NCBI RefSeq assembly: GCF_004010195.1
Contig: NC_057719.1
Coordinates: 43,988,847-44,052,846, forward strand
Direction of reading: 5' to 3'
Source: Chiloscyllium plagiosum
Taxonomy: Eukaryota
Length of the DNA stretch: 64,000 bases
Shown here: positions 1-11,689 of the stretch, piece after piece
Numbering within the stretch: position 1 is the first letter of the stretch
How the letters are laid out: the number at the start of each line of letters is the position of its first letter
Program-made: the position numbers and the translations under genes
The notes under the pieces: generated by a model
Databases searched by the model: none
The model's input: only the letters and a program-made list of their open reading frames with translations
Told to the model about the DNA's origin: nothing

Positions 1-1311
1 GGTGCAATAAACTAAAACATCAACATTCACCATTCTGTCATGCTTTAAGAATAATGCAGAAAGTGGTGCATTTTATAGAGACAGTATACCAGCAAGCAGT
101 TTTATCATAAAGAAAAGCTCTTTCCCATTCTGAAATATGCTTTGAATGAACACTTGATGTAATCTTGCATTATGTTTCTGCATGCAGTTTATATCAATGT
201 TATTTCAGTTAAGATAATTTAAAGTTATCCATTTCAGAGATTCATCAATTATAAATATGCCCTCTTCCCATGATCATTTAATTCGGAATACTAAATTTGC
301 ATATTCCAACTCTTTGTAGTACATTTGGACAGGAATATATGTTATAGATTACAATATGAATATTTGCTCTTGGGAACACAGACCCATCAACAAGAGCAAC
401 AAAGTAGTAATATAATGCTAAATGCTCATAAATTTAGGTAAAATTAGCACTAAAAGCTCAATTTAAACAAAACCATAAAACAAAATATAATTTTGAAGGA
501 AAATATTAATCCTCAATCCCAATCCTTCAATTTTAAAAATAAATTCATTTTGATTAATGCACAGCTATTTTATCAGTTTTAAATAAAATAGATTTTTTGT
601 TCATTTAGAAAGTTCAAATATTTCTGGAATATAATGAAGAAGCTCCAGAGAAAAATATATTGTCCAAGTCTCCCTTCTACACTCAAATAGTCAACGGAAG
701 TTTAGTTTACAATATTCACCAAAGATGCATTCACTTTAAAATGATGTCAAACAATAGAGTCATAGCAAAGTTTAAAACAAAAAGTGAAAATTTTCAGAAA
801 AAACTGCAAGAAACCTAATGAAATTATTGCATCTTAACAAGGACTAAACATCCATTTTTCTTATAATAGGCCAATTTCATTTTAAGTAATCATCTGTTGG
901 ATAATAAGGTAATAAATATTTTGGGACTGATGTGATTCAAAGCATAATTAACTTTCACAATGACTCTCACAACAATCTTTAGGAACAACACTTACAAAGA
1001 AGGACAATACAAGCCTTTAAGCAGAGCAAGAAATCCACCCATTCATAATGAAGGGATGGAAAATCTAGCCTCTATAGTCTAGCTGATACTATAAACAAAA
1101 TGCTTTTTAGTTTAATTTTAACTGAAAATGCACCACCTTAATCCACTAGGATTATCATCTTACCACATTTCAAAGAAGTCAGCTGTCCACATGTTTGGAA
1201 AAGCAAGCATTGGAAATGAAAGTATGTTAATTTCACATTTCAGCCAAAAGACATTTATCACAAAAGAACTGGGAATTGACTAAAATTACATAAAATAACC
1301 ATAACCATTAC

Positions 1312-3018
1312 CTGTTTGTTCTGGCTTGTTGCTGATTTAATTGCTCCTGCAATCTGGCGACAACTGCTTTTAACTCAGCATTCTCTTTTTCTGTTTGATC
1401 ACCTCTCTTGTGAAGTTCTGAAATGGACGCAACCTTCTCTTCCAATTGCTTGGTCCTTTCTTGCAGACTTGTGTTCTGAGCCCTTACTTTTACTATTTCT
1501 TTCTCAGAGCCTTCATATGCAATCTCTAAGTCTGAAAATACCTCTACTTTGTCTTGTAACTGTTTAACTTTTTCTTGAAGTTGTACTTTCTCCTGTATCA
1601 TTTCTAATTTTTCACTGTTAAACAGTTCAATAGCTTTTCGTAAATTTGAGAGCTCCAGAGCTTTTTCCTGAAATTCCTTCATGCTGTCTTTCAAGCTCAC
1701 ATTTTGAAATTTTACTTCTGCCAGCTCTTTCTGAGATTCTTCGAGCAGCTTTGTGAGAACTTCAACTTTCTCTTGCAATGGTTCAACTTTATCTTGACAT
1801 TTTAGCTTCTCCGATTTCATTTTACCCATTTCATTTTTCAACAACTCAATTGTTTTCTGTAACTTTGAAATGTCTAGTGTTTCTTCCTCTAGTTCCTTTA
1901 TCTGCTTGCTCAGATTTGAGTTTTCTGATCTTATTTCCTTTTCTGATGATACAGACACTTTCTCCAAGTTTGTAAGAGTCATCAATTTACCCTGAAGTTG
2001 TTCAATCTTTGCTTGAAGTTCAATGTTCACCTTCATTAATTCTGTCTTTTCTCTTTCAAGTAGTTGATTGGCTTTCTGCAGGTTTGGTTGATCTAGAGTT
2101 TTTCCTTTTAATAGTTGAGAACTTTCTTCTAACTCCAATGTTTCAGTTCTCATCTCCATGTAGTCTTTTTTCAAATCCTCATTGTTTGAGTCTGGAAGTA
2201 ACAATGTTTGTACTTCCAGCTGTGGTGGTTTTTCCTGCAAGTGGGCAATTTTGTTTTTCATCTCATTACTTCTCCCCTCCAGTTCATTGTTGAACCTTTG
2301 CTTTTCACCGAGGAAGACCATGTCCTCTTCCATATTTTTTATTTTCTCTTGGAGTCTGGAGATTTCAGAAAAATATTCTGCCTTTTCTTTGTCACATCCT
2401 TCATATGCTGCCTGGAGCTGAACAGAAATCATTGAATGCTTTTCTTCCAGTTGAAGATTTTCCAATTTCAGTCTATTTAATTGCTTTTCAGATTCTGCTT
2501 TCACCTGTTCAATCAATATTCTGGTCTGTTCCTGCTTATGTCCAGCCTTGGCCAATTGTTCTTCTTCCTTTTGTAATTGTACATTCAATTCCTTCTTCAA
2601 GCTGATAATTTCATCTGTCAAAATACTCTCTTTCTTTGAGGTAGCAAATTTGAACTCTTCCAGTTCCTTTTGAAGCTGCTGATGTTCGGAAGCTAATTTA
2701 TTTAGTTCATCTTCGCAAGATTTTTCTAATCTGTCTCTCTCTTCCATGAGCATCTGTGCAAATAAGCTTTTCTCTTTCAACATTTCCTTCAACTTTTCTT
2801 TCTCATCTTCACTTTCCTGTAAAAGCTCCTCTTTTTCAAATTCCCACTGCCCTTTCTCTTCCTGAAGCTGTTTTTCAAGTTGTAAAAGCTCATGTTGGTA
2901 TTTTTCCTCAAGTTCAGATGTTTCTGCTTTGAATTTAAGTATGATTGTTTGATGTTCCTTGGCAAACTGGGCTTCCATCTTGGCAATCTTGTGGTTAAAT
3001 TTGTTTTCCATGCTTTTC
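1312..3018 (-). CDS. NIN: Ninein giant coiled-coil exon (1707 nt, equivalent of mammalian exon 18)
   Basis: Lies within ORF 1308..3095. TAG acceptor and GTAA donor, phase 2/2. Begins KSMENKFNHKIAKMEAQF...EEKGQWEFEKEEL, matching the ninein EEKSQWEFEKDEL segment. Confidence 0.93.
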
Positions 3019-4912
3019 CTAAATGATAGAAAATTGGAAATATTACAAATCAAACTCAGTTGAGGCAAAATCTCTGGTAATAGGGGAGAAAACAAATCAC
3101 TTCCAATTTCTGATTACTACCAGTTGGAGTTGGGCTGGTCTAGACAACAGGTGAGGAAAGGTTCAGATTCAGTTCTGGTGATGCTCAATATTAAATTGTA
3201 AAATTGCACACAGGGTCACATGAATAATGGGTAGTACACAAAATCCTATGTCCACCAGGGATTCAAAAGGAGGGGCAAAATTTAACATTTCTCAAAAGTG
3301 GAACAGCAAACCACAATGTGTAGTTACACCTGTTGTTTCTGATGCAGGCAGCACATTTATATGATGCTGCCACCTAATTAAAATGATTGCTATATTCAGT
3401 CAGCATGAAATGTATATCTTGTGCCCCACTCTGGAAGGAACCTAACATATAAATGTTCATGACCATAGTTATTTATATAGCCACAAGCAATGTCGTCCTT
3501 TCCTTGCTCTGAGGTTATAGGTATGATGTGACAGATTTCAGAGACAGCGTCCTCCTAACTGAACCATAGATATGTTCCTTGCTAGGTTTTGAATAGTTGA
3601 ATGGCTGTTTGAATATCTTTGTTGGATATAGCCTTCTGTTGAGAGCCCTTCTTCCCCTCCCCACCCTAACTCTTCCAACAGCTTGCCCTGCTTTGTGATG
3701 TCTCCTCGCCATTCTGTATTCCAAAGAGGAGTACATCAAATCAAGGAACAACTGCTTTGTGAAGAATCTGTGAAATCAATAAAATGTAGCTCAACATCTG
3801 CCACCCTGCCTATCTAAACTTAAGTCTACTTTCTGTAGACTTATGAAACTTTATATACCTCTAGAAAACACCAAACACTGTTATAATAGCAGTGATAGCC
3901 AACACAACTCAACCAGCATCTAATCTGCAATTCATTGATGATCCTTGTCACTGGTGTTAATGCTTGGGGTCATTCCATCCTGCTTTTGAATGTGTACTTG
4001 TTACGCATGGAACACTGAGTTCCAAGCATTGGAGTCAAATCAGCATCAAACAGTGGTTTGTATTACTATCTGCCTACTCTGCAGATTCTCTTCAGGTTAA
4101 TTGTGCCTCACAGCTCCCTCTTGCACCAGAAACATACACCAACACAACAGATGCTGTTTTAGAGCCAAAATAGCATTTGTAGTGCTCAAGAAAGGGCATG
4201 AATGAATTGAATTTTGCACTCAATAATTTTAAGGCAAGCAATTAGTCAAGAGAAAAGTTCTGTAAAATAAATTATAAATGGAAGTTGATGAGAATCCAGT
4301 AAGCAATACTAGCAGGAAATGTTGATTCATCTGTGTACAAATGCATACATTTGAAGGTTAAACTCAAAACTGAGTTGATTTGAATGAGAAAACTCAATTT
4401 GCTTATATAAATAGAAAATATTAGAAATTTTTGCTGAACACAAAAAATTAGCAAATAGGGATAATTCCCTGAAAGAAGTGCTTAAACTCTTTTGATTAAG
4501 GCTAGTCATATAATCTCCAAACCATGTTCCAAATATTTCCACTAGTCTTATCAGTATGACTTCAGGAAATAAAACAAAGTCAAAATGAACTCCTATTAAT
4601 CTTCTGTTACAAATATCAATATTATGTTCAATGAACTCAAATTGAAGCATAACACGACATGAAAATTCATTAAATTCTTTTTAGAAATGTGGCCCATTAA
4701 AACTGCTCCCTCATAATTTGTAAAGGTTCAAGAATTAAGTTGCATTTTTGGTCATAAGTTGTCAATAGTCTAAACTGTAAATTCTGATTTCAGTTTATCT
4801 CAATCCACCACCTGCTATCTTATTTATATTTGCTGGATTAGCCTTCAATATTTAAGTTACCTTCCCAATTATAATTGTGAAATTTCACAGCAATCTTCAT
4901 TCTAATCCTTAC

Positions 4913-5451
4913 CTTTCCTGTAGGAGTTCAGTTTGCTGTGCATGCAAGAGATTCCTTTGCAACTCTTCTTTCTCCTGCTCAAGATTTTCTGTAACTTCAG
5001 AAACTTGTGTTTGATAAATTTGCTCCAGCTCCCTTTTTTCTCTTAGGAATACTTCCTTCAGCTCTTTTCGTTGATCTTCCAATTGCACTTCAGTAGCAGT
5101 CAACCTTTTTAACAATTCTTCTTTCTCATTATGGCGACAGTGATTTATTTCCTTCAATTTGATTTGGAGTGTTTCTTCATGTTCCTGTTTCAACTGCTCC
5201 TCTAGCTGTGTTTTATCGACATTGAACTTATTCTGCAATTCTTCCTTTTCTTCTTTGTGTTTACATTCTGTTGTATGTTGTAGTATTTTAAGGGTCTCTA
5301 TTGCTTCTTGAAGTTCTGAAATATGGCTTCTGAGCTCATTGAACTCATCATTCATTTTTGCAATGTTATTATTGTGTTCTTGGTTAATATCTTCTTTCTC
5401 CAATTCATATTTAGCTTTGATTTCATTGATCTGCTCCTCATAATAATTTAC
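4913..5451 (-). CDS. NIN: Ninein coding exon (539 nt; VNYYEEQ...ELLQE-R)
   Basis: Lies within ORF 4909..5487. CAG acceptor and GTAAG donor. Phase 0 in, phase 2 out. Coiled coil homologous to the exon preceding the giant ninein exon. Confidence 0.93.
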
Positions 5452-5502
5452 CTGAAATGGAATATTGGGAAAAACCAATATTGTCATGCTTTATAAGTAA
5501 TT

Positions 5503-5545
5503 TTCTCTCTCTCTCACACACACACACACACATACACACACACAT
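5503..5545. repeat. (CT)n(CA)n compound microsatellite
   Basis: Directly visible dinucleotide runs. Confidence 0.9.
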
Positions 5546-5604
5546 ATGATATTTAGAAATGGTAGCATACTAATATTATATAATTACAAGTACTATATAG
5601 TTAC

Positions 5605-6110
5605 CAATCAAACAAGACTCTTGAAGCTCAACATCATTCAAAACAAAACAACCCACTTGATTGGAGGCCCATCAACCACTTTGAACATTTACTCCCTTCA
5701 TTAGGGTAGTAGTGATATATACCATTTAGTGTTTACCAAGATGCATTGCAACAATTCACTGATCCTCCTGCAATAGCATCCCAGACCTCCAATTATTCTC
5801 ACTTAGAAGGACAACTGGTCAGCATGGACAGGTTGGACCGAAGTGTCTGTTTCCATGCGATACATCTCTATGATCTATGACTATGACAACTGCATGGGAA
5901 TATCATCACCTGCTAGTTATTTCTCAATGCACCAATCTTACTTGGAAATATATCAGTGTTCATCTAAACTTGTTACATCAATATCCTGGAATTTTCTTCA
6001 GAATATCTCACTGTGGGTCATTCATGAAGGAAACTCTCCACTACCTTCTCTAGGGTAATTAGGACTGGGCAGCAGATGCATATCTTACCAGTGATACTCC
6101 TATACCGTGG
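5605..6110 (+). mobile_element. Decayed 3' part of a CR1/L2-group LINE with a nested HER1-type tail (about 5820-5866)
   Basis: Similar to 31020-31440 in this window (acttggaaatatatcagt). Nested ...tctgtttccatg...(ctatga)n tail. Confidence 0.65.
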
Positions 6111-6286
6111 ATGTATAATATATATATATATATATATCACTATTAAAATAATTAATAATAGAATTCTTCAAGAAATATCTAAATATGCAATACTAGCACG
6201 CAAATTGCCCAGGAACAATGAAATGAGATTTTCAGTGTATTTTATATAATCTTCACTCAATAATCAATTGCTTTCCATTTACTTGC

Positions 6287-6408
6287 CTTAGCATCAAGTT
6301 CAGTTTTAAAACCATCAATTGCCTGATGGTGTTGCTCCTTAATTTGTTCTATGACCATTTCTGCTTCCAGACTCATGTTCAATGGATTACATTCTTCAGA
6401 AACAAAAC
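6287..6408 (-). CDS. NIN: Ninein coding exon (122 nt; GFVSEECNPLNMSLEAEMVIEQ...ELDAK) with GC donor
   Basis: CAG acceptor. SEECNPLNMS.EAE motif. The only frame-compatible donor is AAG|GCAAGT. Confidence 0.9.
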
Positions 6409-7091
6409 CTGGAAAAGATACAGCATTTTGCCAAAAACAGTCAGGATTTTTGTGCTGGTTGTTTAAAAAAAGCTCTATCCTTAAGGCAAATAAATGAATG
6501 TAATGTAAAACAGTCATTCAGTTAAAAGAAAATCAGGAATATTGGATTGGCTTTCCATCCTACAGTCAGGAAACAGAGTTGGGAAATTTTCTGGATTGTT
6601 CACCCTGCTGTAAAGAGGGACTCACCCATTACAGACAACTGTAGGTTCTAACAGGATTCAGGCCTGCCATTCCTCCAGTTTGGAGGGCTGCTGGATGTCA
6701 AGGTGGTCTGTTTAAGAGGCCTACTGCAGTGTTCTGGAATTTCATCCCAGTTGTAATAATGCCAGTCAAGCGAAGAACAGACTTCTAGACATCCCTCCTC
6801 ACAATCCGATGTACTTCACATACCCTATCAATGTTATCACATGCAATCTTTATCGTCCCAATCCATCCTCATTGCTCCACATATCCTTCATGCCAAACTA
6901 TGCTTATTCATCGACTACCCATGGAATTCACATCTGTGATCCTCCACTCACTTCCAGTCATGGAGCCTCGTAGCTCCATGCCAAACTGTGGCATTTCCAT
7001 ATCTATTCAGCAACTATATACTCTGGGGAGAACTAATTAACTTTATAAATAATAAGAATGTGTGTGAAAAGGATTTTTAAAAAGTCAATAA

Positions 7092-7595
7092 TCTGGATGT
7101 GGGTTTGCTTGCTGAACTGGAAGGTTCGTGTTCAGACATTTCTTCATATACTAGGTAACATCTTCAATGAGCCTCTGGACAAAGCATTGCTGATGATTCC
7201 TGCTTTCTATTTATATGTTTGAGTTTCTTTGAGTTGGTGATATCATTTTCTGTGATGATGTAATTTCCTATGGTGATGTCATTTTCTGTTCTTTTTCTCG
7301 GGGGTGTTAAATCGGGTCCAAGTCAATGTGTTTGTTGATAGAGTTCCAATTGGAATGTCATGCTTCTAGGAATTCTCATGGGTGTCTCTGTTTGGCTTGT
7401 TCTAGGATGGATGTGTTGTCCCAGTCGAAGTGGTGTCCTTCCTTATCTGTATGTAAGGACAATGCTTTGATCGGAGGCTCACTGAAGATGTTACCTAGTA
7501 TGGTGACGAGACGTCTGAACATGAACCTTCCAGCTCAGTGAGCAAACCTACATCCAGAACCTCAACTTGAGCTACAAATCTTCTCAAACATTGCT
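7092..7595. mobile_element. 5'-truncated Penelope-like element (Poseidon-like GIY-YIG C-terminus) with inverted terminal repeats and a hammerhead motif
   Basis: Minus strand encodes HFDWDNTSILEQAKQR..EFLEA.HSNWNSINKHIDLDPI. 7092-7190 and about 7458-7558 are inverted copies. Direct repeat agtcaataatct at 7083-7094 and 7596-7607. Confidence 0.8.
7476..7520 (+). ncRNA. Minimal type I hammerhead ribozyme motif (one core mutation, GAAA to GAGA)
   Basis: GGCUCA CUGAAGA U GUUACC-UAGUAU-GGUGAC GAGA CGUC^ UGAAC. Confidence 0.7.
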
Positions 7596-7679
7596 AGTCA
7601 ATAATCTATAATTTTCTACTTTAAAAATACACATTTTTCTGAAGCCCTATGAAAATGTCAATCATCCAGATCCTTTAAA

Positions 7680-8006
7680 GATTAGATTAGATTAGATTAC
7701 TTACAGTGTGGAAACAGGCCCTTCAGCCCAACAAGTCCACACTGACCTGCCGAAGCCCAACCCACCCAGACCTATTCCTCTACATTTTACCCCTTCACCT
7801 AACACTACGGGCAATTTAGCATGGCCAATTCACCTAACCTGCACATTTTTGGATTGTGGGAGGAAACCGGAGCACCCAGAGGAAACCCACGCAGACACAG
7901 GGAGAATGTGCAAACTCCACACAGAGAGTCACCTGAGGCGGGACTTGAACTTGGGTCTCTGGCGCTGTGAGGCAGCAGTGCTAACCACTGTGTCACCGTG
8001 CCGCCC
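7680..8006 (-). mobile_element. HE1-like tRNA-derived V-SINE, full length
   Basis: A/B-box tRNA head GGCGGCACGGTG...GTTCAAGTCCC. V-domain TGTGTGGAGTTTGCACATTCTCCC...GGTTTCCTCCCAC. LINE-derived tail with (TCTAA)n. Confidence 0.9.
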
Positions 8007-9310
8007 AAATGTAAAAAATACAAGCACTTAGAAATGCATTTTTACCATGTGTAAATATTGTGCAATTTACAGAATGGATCAAAGAGACAGATCTGTCAAC
8101 CAAGCAATGTTTCCCTGGGATGCAGATGTTTCAACCTGAGTATTGGATGTCTGGGCTCGAGAAGTATTTCAAAGTTTTCCAAGGAGAGTATAAGGGACGA
8201 TCGGGCACAGTGGAGGGGTATAGCTTGGCATGGAAGGCATCCGTAAAGCCTTTTCAACCTGCACATCATTCAAACTAAGGCTCATGATACCTCTGAAGGG
8301 ATGTAAATCATGAGTTCTTTCAAAGCAGGCCTGACACCATGATAATTGAGACAGGCTAAGAGGTACCACTCCCCATTACAGAGCTGGCCAAGCCAGGAGT
8401 ACAAGGTATAAGCACAAGACCTGAAACATCCTGCACCCTTAATTCAGATTGGTCAAAATCTGAAATTCCAGGAACAGGCTTTGGAATCCTGGACTTGAGC
8501 TCTGGCTGCTTATATTTCGCTTCCACAAAGTCATCCTGGCTTCATGAAAATCCAGCCCATGGAAATGAATGAAGCACATATTTAATTCACCACTATTGTT
8601 AAATATCACACAAGAATTAAGAAAAGAAGATTTAAAAAAAACAAAGTATTTATTTCACTCTTTGAATATTATTGAAACGTAGCAAGTTCTGCATGAAGCT
8701 TTAGACCGCGTCAGAATTCCTTAGATGATAAATATGCCTTCTAACATGTGACTGAATATTACAAGAAACCAAACCAATCTCAAAAAACTTGAGCTTGTTT
8801 TTGAACAAAACCCAAAAGCAGGAGTTCCAAGGAAGGAAACTATGACCACCTAAGGGGAGAAGGCCTGTCAGCTCATCTGGGAATCAGGCAGTTCTTTAGC
8901 TGCCACTGGAATTTCTGCTGGACTTAGGACCCCAGCCCAGCAAGTCCCCTGTATGGATCTGCCATCCAATCTCAGAAGCCTGCAGGTCAGAACTCAGGAC
9001 AACCAAGACAGAGTGTGTGGCTGCTGCTACCAGACTCCCAGAATGAAGCATGACTGTTGAAAAGGCTGAGTGTCATTTGGGGTAGGGTTTCTGGCATTGG
9101 GGTTCATTGGTTAAGGGGCACAAGAGGGTCAGGGTGAAAGCAAGAGTGTGGCTTTAAATGGCTACCCAAGTAAGCTAGATGCATTTGTATTTAGGTAAAT
9201 TTGGAAGGGGTCTGATCTAGCATCCTCTACTTAATAATTAAGTTCACTCACACCTTTAGGCCTGCCACCATTCTAGAATATCATGCCCCGGTCTTAGCAT
9301 ATTATAGTAC

Positions 9311-9449
9311 CTTGATCACAGTCGACAACATCACTCTTGGTCTCCATTTCCTCTGACAAGGGACTTCTCATCAATGGTTTAAAACTTCTCCCTTGTGTCT
9401 GATATGCTTGTAACTCAGATTGCAGTTCATCAATCCTGTCCTGGAGCTC
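9311..9449 (-). CDS. NIN: Ninein coding exon (139 nt; ELQDRIDELQSELQAYQTQGR...DCDQ-G)
   Basis: Hand translation. TAG/GT boundaries. Phase 0 in, phase 1 out. LQD..DELQSEL motif. Confidence 0.93.
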
Positions 9450-9689
9450 CTAAATTTGATAAATATATAAGATAATTAAAAATAGATATATAAATTATTC
9501 TGCACAAGTAAAAGTGATTTTCTTATAACTCTACAACACACAAAAAAATTGACTTTAATTCCTCTCTTTGGTGTTGCGAACAGGCCTCACAGGATATGCA
9601 GTGGTGGAAATCGACAAACAAACACAGTCTCAAAAGCTAAATGAAGGACATTTCTCGCTTTCTGAAAGGGAACTGATACCTAACTGTTT

Positions 9690-9960
9690 TGATTGTTAGC
9701 ACTGCTACCTCAAAATCAGTAGGATGTGGGATTCGGCTCCACTCCAAAACAGAATCTTGGTTAATATTTTAGTAGAGTACTCAGGAATTTCTACATTGTT
9801 GGAGATGTAGTTTTTTGATGAGGTAAGAATCAAGGCTCAATTCAGTTAGATGAAGAAATCTCCCAAGTCATAATCAAAGAAAAGCAGGACATTCATTTCA
9901 CTGCTATTTGACTGATCTTGGATTAAGCAAAAACAGTTGCCCCATTTCCCTAAATTACCA
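9690..9960 (+). mobile_element. Old Deu-domain SINE (SacSINE1-like), decayed
   Basis: tRNA-like head followed by agtactcagga...cattgttggag...gatgag. Similar to the copy at 40030-40435. Confidence 0.55.
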
Positions 9961-10079
9961 CTTTCTGTTCAATTCAATGGACGCAAACATGCACACATGC
10001 AAGTATACGAAATAAAGGGGGCATGACTATGGAGAACGCACACGTGGTGATTAGGAGAAAGTCTGCCAAGTGCTTCTTA

Positions 10080-10640
10080 TGGTTGCCTATTTCTACATTC
10101 TCAGGCTCCTCACATTCATCAAAGACATCTTGTAGCTTCTAATTAGAATATCCTTGCTCCAGCTGTTCCAAGTGGATGCCTCTTTGAATTGAGAGGTTAG
10201 AGAGAATACAGCCAATGATTATGATCCTGAATGCAAGGCTTGATTGTACTGGGACCAGACCCAAGAACTGAGGCACTGGGTATCTCTGCTTTATGATGTC
10301 CTCAATAATCAATCTGAATGAGAGATACACATTTTCGCATTAGTACTTTCCTGCTGTTTCAGGGTTTGTAGATGGATCATAACTTAGTGCTACAAGCTGA
10401 GCCACCCTCACACGAAAGCTCCATGAATCTTAATCAGGAGTGCAGCATTCACCTGCAGTGTCCAGTACAGATAGTCATACAAGCAGAACCAAAGTGGAAT
10501 AGATACCCTGGTAGCTGATGGTTGGGGCAGCCCCTGTTTACAATCAATAGCACCTTGGAGTTTTGGTAATTTGCCATTTGGAAATGTTATTGCCTTCAGG
10601 AACATTCACTTAACTATTATTGACAATTTCGTACTGAAGC
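10080..10640 (-). mobile_element. Harbinger/PIF (HARBI1-like) transposase relic
   Basis: Broken ORFs encode (F)PKLQGAIDC, VNA....IHGAF and IIE.II..KQR...RIIIIGCILSNLSIQRG. These match the DDE motifs FPxVQGAIDCTH, HDAFI and CCxLHNLAIxRG. Confidence 0.72.
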
Positions 10641-10827
10641 CTGCTTCAGTGTCTGACAGGTTAAATAGCTGAAAGTAATTACAAACGTGAAAATGTGACG
10701 AGATTAAGCTTAAAAACCAGTGACAAACAACATATAACAGAACCAACCCACAAATACCATCAGCTACCCATAGCTTACTTTAAAAATGTAGCCAAATTAC
10801 ATTAGGTGTGGGCTCAAGTATACTTAC

Positions 10828-10917
10828 TCTACATTGCTGCTCATATTCCTTTCTCATCCGGGTAAATTTTTCTTCATGCAAGAAGAATTCAGCACTGGTT
10901 GGATCAAGGTCTCCAAA
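10828..10917 (-). CDS. NIN: Ninein coding exon (90 nt; FGDLDPTSAEFFLHEEKFTRMRKEYEQQCR)
   Basis: Hand translation. CAG acceptor and GTAAGT donor. FGDLDP.SAEFFL motif. Confidence 0.95.
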
Positions 10918-11531
10918 CTGTAAGCAAGAAATGGGAAAGAAATATTTCCAGTATTTACAATTTCATTTTTGAGTATTCTATTGTATATGTGCACAGTGAA
11001 TTTGATCAGCAGTTTTCATTGAATATATTCTACAATGCATTGCTTAAAAAGTCAAAATGTATAAAGTTAAAACAACAGGACCAGCATATATATTTCAAAA
11101 TGGATTTTTATTTCCTTTTGATCTAAATGATTACTGTAGTCTGAACAATATTTTTATTTACGTTAAATATATATTCAGTAAATAAATATATTCAGTACAA
11201 ATCTGAATCTTCAATGCAACTTCCACGTTATGAGAGATAAAATCAGCTAATGCTGGTAATACTTAGTCTGGCTGCAACTGTGGATAGAAAAATAGAACTA
11301 TTATTTCAGATCTGTGACCTTTCATTAAAGTATTTTCAGCAATTTCTGATTTTATTTCAGATTTTCATCAATTATCATATTTGAGAAAAGTAAACTAATT
11401 TATTTGCAAAGGATTAATACATAGCTCTTCAAAAAACAAAACTTTTAATTGAATGTCATAATAGATGTCAAACCTCCGGCATTATCCAATACTAGGCACA
11501 TGGTAAACCTCGATAAATCAAATTGAATTAC

Positions 11532-11642
11532 CTTTTCTTTTAATATAGTGTCCAAATTATTTTGTAACTTCTTTGCTAGGTTCTCAAATTCAAACAGCTT
11601 CTCTGAATTTTCTATAAGTTCTTTTTCCAATCGACTGTTTTC
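11532..11642 (-). CDS. NIN: Ninein coding exon (111 nt; ENSRLEKELIEN...ILKEK)
   Basis: AAG acceptor and GT donor, phase 0/0. ENSRLE.EL.EN motif. Confidence 0.93.
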
Positions 11643-11689
11643 CTTTAAGATATGGAAAGACAACTGAAATAAGTACAATAACAAAAAGT

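Noticed and set aside
178..187. TGCATG (Rbfox) site downstream of the giant exon
   Set aside because: A single hexamer about 1.1 kb from the donor is expected by chance, and I saw no QKI ACUAAY cluster near the exon.
3019..3095. N-terminal extension of the 595-aa ORF as a standalone gene start
   Set aside because: Intronic read-through upstream of the splice acceptor. The same applies to the other exon-containing ORFs.
7940..8006. tRNA-like sequence with A and B boxes
   Set aside because: It is the head of an HE1-like SINE, not a tRNA gene.
10080..10640. Possible domesticated HARBI1 gene nested in a NIN intron
   Set aside because: Multiple stops, frameshifts and deletions of catalytic motifs show it is a fossil.
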